Shown one piece after another: positions 13,639 through 25,300 of a DNA stretch of 64,000 nucleotides. The DNA lies in NCBI GenBank assembly GCA_002633005.1, contig NMRA01000166.1, forward strand, positions 496,001 through 560,000. The letters are read 5' to 3'. How positions within the stretch are numbered: position 1 is the stretch's first letter; each line of letters opens with the position of its first letter. The position numbers were made by a program, and so were the translations under genes. This DNA is from Phoronis australis. Its lineage: Eukaryota > Animalia > Phoronida. The notes beneath the pieces were generated by a model, which was not told the DNA's origin, did no database searches, and worked only from the letters and a program-made list of their open reading frames with translations.

Positions 13639-13954
13639 CATGGGCGGATCCAGGATTTTGAGTTGGGAGGGGGCAGGGCACAGCAATAACCAGAATCCAG
13701 AATTTCGCCACCTTGCGCGCGCCCAGCCTAAATGTAGGGATGCAGGAGTCTCGAATTTTTGGGTTTGTGAACCTTATTACTAAAAAAAAACGGAAAACGG
13801 GGTTTGTTCAAGGCCTATGCATTGCGCATTCGCCCCCGAGCCCCCCTGGGTGAGCGCATATGCTAGTCAGCAATTAGCACCCAGAACTGCCAAATGGTAT
13901 CTGGGAGAATTTTAGGAGGGCCATGGCCCCCTTGGCCCCCCAAATCCGCCACTG
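13639..13954. mobile_element. GC-rich CAG..CTG MITE family (hAT5-like); further copies at 24944-25276, 31441-~31740, 46600-46817, partial at ~41680-41745, related at ~4137-4293
   Basis: Ends CA(G/T)(G/T)GGCGGAT...ATCCGCC(A/C)CTG with a shared internal sequence. Flanks suggest a 5-bp TSD (CATCA/TATCA here; TTAAC/TTAAC at 46600-46817). Confidence 0.75.
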
Positions 13955-14207
13955 TATCAAACGCGAACTTGGAATAGAAACTCAAATCTAATCATAGCAA
14001 AAATCTTCATTCATTTTATGAATTCATGTATTTCAAGACCAACATGTCTTTTATTATACAAGGCGGTCTGAACGTTCTTTATTCATTTTAACAACATGTT
14101 AAAGACAAGTTTAGTGCATGGAGAATTCACATTGCTGCAATACTGCCAAAACTGTGGCTCCCCTCCCCATTACAACGTCCTAGATCCGACAGCATTGGCG
14201 ACAACCA

Positions 14208-17200
14208 TCAGAGTTTACTAGCGGCAGACATTGTGTCAGCACTGTGTCTGAAGTTTCTTTCCAGAAAGGATAAAATTCGTCGCCAGCAGCTCACTTGAGC
14301 TTTATTATGTAAGTGAGGAACTCCTCCGTAGAACATAAGGTAACCTGAAAGATTAAGAGGACATTTCATGACACATGGGCGTAAAAGTTGGGAATAGGTG
14401 GCGTGGCTTATAGGGGGCGGCACCCTGGATGTCAAATCTTACTGAACTATCCAGACTCTACAATGTGCACTGTGGTCTAATCAACCCCGTCATCCTTCCG
14501 AGTCCGCCACCACCCTCCCCCTGTTCATCCAGTAAATCCAAAAGGCCACCTCAACGAGGCATGTTAGTTAATTTCTAGCTCCACGTTTCTACATTTTACC
14601 CAGACAAATCATAATTCATCGGGGTCGACACACCCCAACCCTTCCTAAGTAATATGCACCAGTTTACGCCTCTGCGATTACATGTAAAAGCCTCAAATAA
14701 CGCTAGAGATTCCTATTATGTTCCCTAAATCTTCTGAGCATCCGTGAACTTTGTTTACTCACTATAAGCAGCTTACAATAGAAGGCACTTGTGTTATATG
14801 GTCTTGCAACGCCATGATCTTGTCAACTCCCTCCCTCAGTTTCATAACATTTGGCGTCTGCAAGTTTGGCTGGACATTTTGAATTTACTCTAAGTTTGGT
14901 GGCAACGAATTGCATTTATTAATTTTAACATGATTTTGAAAGTAAAAATGCAATTTGTTGCCCCCTTGACCTGTTTTTCTTGCAGCCGAAGCCGTCCTTA
15001 AACACTCTAACACTTCCTGGTGGCAAAGCATGTTTTGGCTGGAAATTCAGGTAACCCTCAGATTTTTCGGGTAAGCAAAAATGGTCTGGTCGACACCCAT
15101 TGTCTACCCAATTTTCGGAATCTGGAGCATTTTGGCATTCTGAGTGAACTGTCTGCTGTTGCCTAGTAGTCGCATGCGAGCCATGATTTGTATTGAAAAC
15201 TACCAAATATGTGCATTTTTGCTCCATTTTCGGCATGGCCAGCTAGGTTTGCGGAGGCCATAAAAGCCAAAGAAAAGAACTTAATGCTAAATGTAGTTTT
15301 TAGACTGTAGGCAAGCCTTATGCATATTCAGTACCTGCATATGTTTCATATTTTGTGATTTTGTTGTAGAAAAAATAAACTGCTTTCTATCAGTTTAACA
15401 TAAGGCAAAACGAGGGAACACTGCTGAGTTCCACCTATCCTCTGACGACACAAACGAAAACCACATGAACCAATACAGAGTATAAACTGATGAGGTGATC
15501 ACTCTAGAAACATAACATGACCAGAGCAAATGGTAACCAGTGCTACCGATGTGGCGAACCACTCATTCACAACAGCATCTACCGCCTCACTCATAACAGC
15601 ATCTACCGCCCAACAAACCGCGACCAAAAAAGATTTACAAAGCTTCATACGACTCATCTGAAGACGATGAACATTATGAGACATTTTGTATGGACAGCAT
15701 AAAACAAGCAGAAGCACAGTAGCGCCAAATAACCCTCGACCGCACCTCGTAGAAATCCGAACAACCCTCAATCTCAATGGCTGTGATGTCAGCGTCAACA
15801 TCAACATCGAGTGAAGAAATGCAATGCCATGTCCTTTTCAAGGATGAGATCCATACCAGAACCGAAGCAGTACCGAGAGGCTTCTGAGGCACCTCCATAG
15901 ACACAACAACATTGCAACGTCTTCACCCTTCAAGCATCACAGAACAAATCATATTTCAGGAAATTGACCACAATAGAACAGACTCCTCTCCTTGGAATAG
16001 ATGAGTGTCTCAAGATACAGCGGAACCAAAATTAGAGGCTTTGCATGAAAAGGGACCCGTTTATTTTCATATTTAAAAGATTTCAACGTAAAGCTTTTTC
16101 TTGTTATGTAATAAAGCTAAAAATTTGACTTGGTAATCAAAATTTGCAAAAGAAACGGCAATCTGGGTTTGCAAAAATCCACAAACGGGCTGAAGATTTA
16201 GGTAACTAGTTAAGTACTTCCTATCTAGGACTGTTCTATGCGGCAACGGGCCACCGACTGATCCGCGGTGATACTGGCAATATAGGTGTACAAAAGCGTC
16301 GTGCTAATACTAAAACGACTTACCTAGGTTGGTTTGAAACACGTTACTTGCCAACGGCGCATATGGCGGCTCTAGAAGATGTCCGGCTCCAGGATAGAGC
16401 GCCGCTTCGAAACTGGGAGGGTCTCGCAACTTCTTCAACCGTTCGGTCAGTTGAAAGTGATTGACGGTGTCAATTATCCGGTCGTCGCCGCTCTGAATCA
16501 GCAGAAAGTTCGCCGTAGCCTCCTCAACCTTCAACATGTAATGTTAGTAGTTAATTGGCCAAGTATCCCCTGGCCTACAAAGACGTCTTTGGTCGGAGAA
16601 CGATAAAGGTAAAAATAGACAAGTAGCGCAAATCAGTGTGTGCGGTTAAATGTTTATAGTTGTCTCTGCATCTTGAAACTGTGACATCCGGAATAGCCAT
16701 TGCTTTATCAAAACCTTTTGGTATAGTTTATGCTTAGACAACAAGTTGCGCCCCTTTAGATTTCCAAGTTGGGACAGCATTTTCCAGTTCACAAAAAATC
16801 AAATTTAACTTGACAATACTGAAGAACACAGTTCCAAAAGGTAACCTTTTAAAAGCTAGTGAATGATTCGCTAAATACATGCAATATAAGGTATGTGTTA
16901 GTACCAGTGATTATTATACAAAGATTCGTGATGTTTTGAAAGTATTTAAAAGAGAGAACGAAAGAAAGAGAAGCCCAAGTTCAAATGCATTTGCATACCA
17001 CGAATCAAGATAACACATGTACAAACATTGTATACGTTGCAACATTCCTCCAATATAGCAAAGAGGATCCTTTCCTGGACGTCGTTTAGGAACAAGTGTA
17101 GCATATTGAAATTTTAAAACCTGTAGGTTGCGATGTCCCGCAGACTAGTTCATACTTCTTTTATGATTTCGAGTAATATTGTTAGAAAACTCTGCATTTC

Positions 17201-20200
17201 TAGCAAGACAACAGACATGGAGAAACTTTCAGCGAAATCCACAGAGTTTTCGAGAACTTGTGTTCCTACTTTCAAATCAAATCGATTTGCCGAAGCCAAA
17301 AAAGACGATTTTAAGTTAGGACATGTATTAATCTCAAGGTCTTTGGTTAATTATTTTCGGCGAAAACTTGTTTTCGGTAGTAACCTATGCACCCCTTAGC
17401 TGCGTTCAGTATTTCAACATTCATGCGCAATGTCAACTGAATTTCCAACATATTAAGTGGGTCAAGCTGGTGCATTGTGGTCCACTTGAAGTAAGTCAAT
17501 AGTTCATTGTGATACACATCACGCCGAGAGACTGATATGAAACTCAAGTACGAAATGAGTAACTGAAATCGAGTCGGTGATTAAAGCTCTTCGTGACCAT
17601 GAGATCGAAACAGCGAAGTCAAATTACCTATCAAATTACGGGAATTGGGTGAAGATTTATCGCTGTTAATGCAGGAGCATTAGTCTAATTGTTTAGGATC
17701 TTTATGTCCACTAGAGGCGTTGTATGTACACCTTAGGGCGTTTCCTGAGTGCATTGTAATTGCTGTCTACCCCCGCTCCTAGGTAATTGTTTATTGGCTA
17801 AATAGATGCTACCATTGTAATATAACCAATCACAGTGCAGTTTTGATGGTTTTTAGCCTCAGCAGTCATTTACAGCGCTCATTTTGCTCAACTGGTAAAA
17901 ACTGTCCCGACAGGGCAGTATAAAGATAACCAAACTGTCGTGACAACCATGTACCGGAGCACCAAGGGTTCGGGCTCTGCGCTACTGGTAACTGTTCCGA
18001 AGGGGCGACGGGGCAGTATAAAGACAACCAAATTTCGTGACAACCTGCTACCGGAGCACTAAGGGTTCGGGCCCTGTGCCACTGGTAACTGTTCCGAAGA
18101 GGCGTCGGGGCAGTATAAAGACAACGGAAAAAAAAACTGTCCCGACGGGGCAGTATAAAGACAAGCAATCAGTAGAATGACAGCTGTTGCCAACAAGCCG
18201 GCTTCACCTCTACGATGTCAATAACGCTGTTGCCATCCAGCCAGCGTCTCGTCTCCAGAAGAAGATCAAGCACACCACCTCTACCACCACCGGCCTACCA
18301 GGTCCTGCCCTCGATCCGCGTCCACACCAACCACAGCAAGGACAGAAGGCGAGATCCTCCGATTTCGCGAAGCTGTCTGTGGGCTTCGCCCTCATCTACT
18401 CTCATCACAGCGCTCATTTCGAATATTGGTTTGAACATGTTGTGATGCACTGTAGAGAGATTATTAGCTGGGCCACGCGGAAAACTTCAGTAAGTACATG
18501 TAATTCTGTTAAGGCTTTACGTTTAGTCTATTCACGTAGGTCTGTTGGACATTGTACGACTAGTGTTTAATTGTTGAACCGAAACGGCTGCTTTGTGATG
18601 GTTTTGTCTTATGCGGGTTCGAGTCCCGTGTCAGTGCTAGCCGTATTGACTGCTGGGTAACCTTTTGAGAACATTGTTTGGTTCCGTTGTTTGACAAACT
18701 GTATTTATCGTTTGCAGATAACCGTCTCTTCAAGAATAAATCGTTTTAAACGAAGCTGACGCCTTATTCTATCGCCCACACTAATAATCGCTTTTCACTA
18801 TTTGCTGGCGACTCGTGAATGAAAAGACTGAAGGTACATACAAAGTTGCTCTATGTCTGGCGGGAGATTCGATTTGAGTGTAAATTTTAACCTCGAATAA
18901 ACAGTACACAAATGCGCAAGCGCTTGTGCGGTTCCAAGGTCAGGGTGTTCCATCGAAACAGGAACCCGGTGTAAAACAGATATCCCGGATTCGCAAACAC
19001 ACTCCCGCACATTCAAAACAGCTAACCAGCCCGAAAAACACGAACCCTGACCTTTAATAGAACAGAAACCCCGGGGAACGAACAGGACACCCGGGGAACG
19101 AAACACCACTCCTGCACTTCCTGTTGAACACTGTTTGATGAAAAATGAATCTTTCGACTTAAAATAATTGTAGTGATATACAGTTTTACTATATGAGAAT
19201 TTTAGATAAAATTGACCTTCTGCGTTATTCTGCTGCTAAAGTTGTGGTGCGATCTTTTGCGTAGGCTTTCGGCGCCATTGTGTCACCTATTGGCCATTTT
19301 TTCCCCAATTCTTCATTCCATCAACAGTTCTTCTTCCACGAGGTTGCGTACAAGTCACAACAAACTAATCAACAATGGCAATCGAATGAGGAAATAATAT
19401 TATTGTTTTTCATTTTCGAAAATATGTTTGTAGAAAGTATTGAATAACCTGAAATTAACTAAATATTAACCAGAGATAACAACTTGTTGAGAGTATAGAT
19501 TATTTTGAAATTCGCCCACAAATTGCGCGAGTTTTACGGATTGAAATCATATCACGAAGTCAATAGAATATTAGTTACGTTTTATTATTGACATTTTTTA
19601 ACAAAGACATGCAGAAAACAACTGGAAAGTACTTGAAGATGCTTTAACTCAAAGTTTGAGGCTACTGACATCCGTCTCAGAAAAATTGTCCGGGTTCCCT
19701 GTCCGATCCCCGGGGTTCCTGTTTTAACTAAAGGTCAGGGTTCGTGTTCTTCGGGCTGGTTAGCTGTTTTGAAGGTGCGGGAGACTGTTTTCGACTCCGG
19801 GATACCTGTTTTACACCCTGAAAGTGGTTGTACTAAATCTTTTTTCACCTTATATGGTACTTTTTTCGTATTTGAGGTTCCCCAAGAAAGAAGATAAGGT
19901 ATTTTATTTGACGTATGCGAAATATTCATGTGTAAAATGGCCAATTTTTGTGAATAAAGCTTGAGATATCCTTAAGGGGGTTCGACATAGTTCGTTAAAA
20001 ACGTGCAGTCGTTGTTTTACGATATTGACTAACTTAGAACACATTTAAATAACATCTTTTTAATTTATAAAACGTTGACTTTGTTATTTTAGCGTTTTAG
20101 CGTTTACTAATAACTAAGTTTCAGGATATTGTGTAGGCGTTACACCTATTTTCACAATGCCGTCATACTAAACAATAGGCAACCCAAGAGCAGGGTTGGG

Positions 20201-22322
20201 TGTGACATAATTCAAACGGTAATTTATTAATTTAAAAGAACAACCTTCTTGTCTTAGATTGTTCATATAAAGTAAAATTATATAGCACAGGTAAATTTTA
20301 CTTTTATGCCGGAGGTGCCTCCGTGCAGGCAGCTGTAACGGAAAAAATAATTCTGTGACCCTCACATTTTTGCGAACTGTAGTGGGTAAATGCCAGAGTA
20401 CAAAATACAAAAATTAAACAGGAGAACGCGGAGCGTTGAAATACGCCCACGACGGTGACGCAAATGGTGTTTTTAATGGGCATTAAATGGCGCAGAGTAC
20501 GTCAAACCCGTCCGAAATTGAGAAAGCGTCGTCGTCTCTCTATTAGAAAACTGTTCGTCAAATTTCATGAAAATACACAAAGGAACTCCAAATATACAGA
20601 GGAAGATGTAAGAAAACAAATTGCCATTAGAAGCCACAGCGGTAGTCGAATCCGTCTATCTGATGTCAAGCTTACAGGAATGAAATTTTCACAATTATCA
20701 TTCTTCAAGCGGTTTGGTTGATAGATGGACGCCAAAACACAGACTCGAAAACAGTAAAAATGGCCACTAGGTGGCGCAAAATACCTCGTATCCATCTGAA
20801 AACAGGCGCATAGCGTCATCTCACCAATAGATGCATATAGTCCAAATTTTATGAAAATACGTAAAGGACATTTGAAGATACAGAGGTTAACCTAAAAAAC
20901 TAAAATTGACCCTAGGGGGCGCACCAATAGTTCGATCTGTGGGAAAGTGGTCATCCTGCGTTTTCAACATCATATAAATACACTTGCTAAACTTAGTAAC
21001 AATCCTGCAAACGGTTTAGGAGATACAGCCATGGGCGCAAAAAAGCAAAACTGCCAATAGGAGGCGCCACAGTAGACGAAGTCGTCGGAAAATCATCGTC
21101 AGCCATCCTCTTCATAGTAAGAACATACATGCAAATTTTCACAATCATCCCTAGAGCGGTTTGGTTGACATCAGGACGGATGCCAAAAACAGACTCGAAA
21201 ACAGTAAAAAATGCCACTAGGTGGGGGAAAACTGCGTCGAATCCATCGGAAAACGAGAGGATAGCATCACCTCACTAAAAGATGCCTAAATTCCAAATTT
21301 TATGAAAATACGTTGAGGACTTCCGAAGATACAGAGGTAAGCGTAAAAAATAACATTGCCACTAGGGGGAACACCGGTAGTCGGAGAGGTCTGAAACTCG
21401 TCGCCAAGCAATCTTACTATTATGACACATTCGAAAAAGGGAAGTGTGACACAAATAAAACATGGGATACAATAAAGACAGTTATGAACAACGGCGTTCG
21501 AACAAAAAATGACACCCCAGAATGTCTCTTACGTTCAGATAACACTAAAACCAGTGACCTACCCGAAATGGCAAGTTTATTCAACACTTACTTTACCCAA
21601 ATCGGCCCATCCGTTTCTGAATCAATAACTATGATAAAAAACAAGAATTTCAAAGACTATCTTCCCACGCCAAACAAATTTAAGTTCTCTTTCAAACCAA
21701 TTAATAATAAACATGTAATAGATATTATAAGAGACATGGACGCGAAAAATAGCACTGGTCATGACAATTTATCATCTAAAATTATCAAAATAAGCNNNNN
21801 NNNNNNNNNNNNNNNNNNNNNNNNNNNNNNNNNNNNNNNNNNNNNNNNNNNNNNNNNNNNNNNNNNNNNNNNNNNNNNNNNNNNNNNNNNNNNNNNNNNN
21901 NNNNNNNNNNNNNNNNNNNNNNNNNNNNNNNNNNNNNNNNNNNNNNNNNNNNNNNNNNNNNNNNNNNNNNNNNNNNNNNNNNNNNNNNNNNNNNNNNNNN
22001 NNNNNNNNNNNNNNNNNNNNNNNNNNNNNNNNNNNNNNNNNNNNNNNNNNNNNNNNNNNNNNNNNNNNNNNNNNNNNNNNNNNNNNNNNNNNNNNNNNNN
22101 NNNNTGAGCTGTGCCAGTTTACTTCTTGGTTCCTGGCGTGTCGGTCGTTTTCAGCACTAATTCACTGTTTTCTTAAGTATTCCTACTGATTTTTGCATTT
22201 CCATTTGTTTATCTTGTACAGGGGACCTTCTTATTAGCGGTCAATAACCTTTAGAAGGCCTCCTAATTGAAATCAAATTTTAATCAATGTATTATTATTA
22301 TGTAATGTAAATAAAAGCGTTT

Positions 22323-22364
<42 letters not shown>

Positions 22365-25300
22365 ATCCGTCGTCAGCTTCATAGGAACACATCTGCCAAA
22401 TCTCATCAAGATCCTGCGAGGGGCTTAGGAGATACAGCTGCGGACGCCGGACGTCGGACGTCGGACGACGGACGCCGGACGCCCAGACAGAGATGACGGC
22501 AATATGCGACCACATATAAATATGTGGGTGCATAAAAATTGCTACTAGGGGTCGTCACAGTATTCAAACGGTCAGAAAATCCGGCAGAATCAGTCGCGGT
22601 CTTCTCATCAGCAACGCATGTGCCAATTTTCATAATGATCCTTTGAGCAATTTGGCAAATAGGAAGGCGGACATCAAAAACGTACTATTTTTTTTTAATT
22701 GCCACCAGGTGGCGAAGAATACGTGAAATCGTCCGAAAACGGGAAGGCGTCACCGACTCTTTAATAGAAACCCATTTGCTACATTTCAAGCAAATCCGTC
22801 AAGGAACTCCAAAGATGTAGAGGCAAACGTAAAAAAACTAAAATTGACATTAGGGGGCAGAGAGGTAGTCGAATCGGCCCTAAACTCGTGGTCGTGAGCT
22901 TCCTAGTAACACATCTGTCAAATCTCATTATGATCCTGCAAGGGATTTAGGACATAGAGCCTCAGACGTAGGACGCCCAGACAGAGATGACGGCAACATG
23001 CACCCACAAATAAATATGTGGACGCACAAAAACCAACGAAAATTAAAACTATGTCCAGCCCACTCAACGCGATTTTTACAAATAAATTTTGGAACAATGC
23101 AGTACTAGCTAAGCGGTAGGCACGTGTATTTCTACTTTATGCGCGCAACCGGGGGGGGGGCTCTGGGGGCGAAGTGGGCAAAAAGGTCCGTCTCAGAGAA
23201 ACAAAAACTCAGAAAAAGTAGAAAACGAGATGAAAGTTCAATAAAAAGCAGAAACTACAAAAATTCGGCGTATGCACAATTCATAGCCCTGAACGTTCCC
23301 GGTGAATCTTAGTAAAAGGTCCACATTCTCAAAAATTCGAGCCCCCCAGTTTTTAGGCTGTACTTCCAGAATATTGCGATTGTAGTCTGATTCCCTTTGA
23401 AGTATTTTTTCCCAATTATTGTTAATGCAGTTTCCTTAAACATTTTGTTAACTTGTATTTTAACATATTTTTGGCTGTCACATAATAAACCTGCTTGATT
23501 GTGTTCAATCCGAAAGTATGTGAAGAATCTCATCTCTTTAGTAAGCATTTTACAATCTCCACTGTGCATAGGTAATGGTTTTGTTCAATGGTAGATACAG
23601 GACATTCAATACTTTTAATACTTAAAAGTATCAGAATTAACGCGTGTTTGACGAGTTAGATATGGATAATTCCTCCAAAGCCCACAAAGGGTCTAGACAC
23701 ATGTGCGAGAAGTAAATACCCAGGACAACGATCTATTTATCCCACATGTTCAACAATAAACTCGAGAAACTAATATTCATTCAGAAAAAATGAACATTTT
23801 CAACTTTCATAGGGCATGACGTACGTCATCTAAGCAACGCAGTCATCAAACCACACACATGAACGTAACCATCACATCTTCCCACAAAACGTTATCTCCC
23901 AAGGGAAATAACTGTATGGGTTATCATCCGGTAGTTCGTGCTTGTTTTGGAGTTTAAAACATACAACAATGAAAATAACGGTAATGAACAGAACAGCTGC
24001 CATGATTTAAATTACCTTAATAATTTCACTGTCAGGAATTGCATTAAAATCTATTTTGTGATGATTTCGATTTTCTAGTCCTTGTTTGGTGAACACAAAG
24101 TCGATGTACCTGGTAGACCTGAAATTAGAATTTAGAACCAGTAATCGTTTCTCCCGTAAGGGTTTAGTTCTACAACACCATAGATACAAATACATGTACA
24201 TAAATTTTGTACCATTCAAAATTTTGAAAATGTAAATTTAGTGAATTCCGTTTACTCAATTTACGGAAAATTAAGTTTTTACTTCATTACAAACGTTTAA
24301 TTCACTCGTGAAACATCTGGGATAACTTTATTGATGCGTACAGAAACTTTGGATATTCTTCATCGCGGAACCTCGCAGGGAAGCCAACCAAACGACAACT
24401 AGGATTTACAACGGCTGCAGCTATCACCTGAAACGTAACACATTTATTCAAGAACAGCATGCATTGTTTAACAATTGAGTGAGTAAATAAATAGTAAATT
24501 TGTCGAATGTTTCACAGCACAATGGGTCTCTTGTCTACACTACGTGGAGATAGAGGCGAAAGTAGAATATTGGCTTGCGTTTCTATTGGCGCCGGACTTG
24601 GTATGCAAATGATGCTGAAGAACTGCATCCGCCCCTTAGGGGTGTTAAAGCACAAGTTTAACTAGGATTTCCATTAAATATTAAACCATCATGTTCAACA
24701 TAATAAAATACAAGTCAGGTACGACAATTATTTACTTATTTCGCACGTCGGCGAAATTGCCAAAACGGTCGTCCTAAGGGAACTTAAGCAAATGTTGTTT
24801 AACTACGCTAGCTACTAATAGCCTACAATTTTCTTAATTTTGATTTTTGTTGAGAAATTTGAATCTATTTCCACCATTTTGTGTTCTAAATAGGCGGAGA
24901 ATTGCTATAACTTAGGTATTTCTGAACGCAAAAAACAGAAAAACAGTGGCGGATTTGGGGGGGGGGGNGGGGAGGGGGCAAGGGGGCCATGGCCCCCCTA
25001 AAGTTCTCCCAGATACCATTTAGCAGTTTGGGGTGCGAAGTGCTGAGTAGCATATGCGCACACCCAGGGGGTTGGGGAGGCGAATCCACAACGCATAAGT
25101 GTTGAACAAACCCCGATTACCGTTTTTTATTTTATTTTTTTTTAGAAATAAGGTCCGAAAACCCAAAAATTCCAGACCCCTGCATCACCACATTTCAGGC
25201 TGGGCGCGCATGTGGCGAAATTCTGGTTATTCCTGTGCCTTGCTCCCCCCAACTCAAAATCATGGATCCGCCCCTGAAAACACCGTAGGAATTAAAGCGA

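Larger units (their letters stand above)
20415..23033 (+). mobile_element. Helentron/DINE-1(HINE)-like non-autonomous elements with internal tandem repeats carrying CTCF-like motifs
   Basis: Internal higher-order repeat of about 450 bp and a (GGACGNC)n microsatellite at about 22441-22483. A 3' hairpin CCACATAT-AA-ATATGTGG (22510-22527) is followed by an A-rich end, and a second similar end lies at about 22970-23033. This layout is typical of DINE/HINE elements. Confidence 0.6.

Noticed and set aside
17911-18165. Regularly repeated 17-nt motif that could suggest a CRISPR-like array
   Set aside because: The intervening sequences are copies of each other, the context is eukaryotic, and there are no cas genes.
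21313-22107. 264-aa ORF in the track
   Set aside because: It is a chimera of repeat sequence, a LINE ORF2 fragment and the N gap, not a gene.
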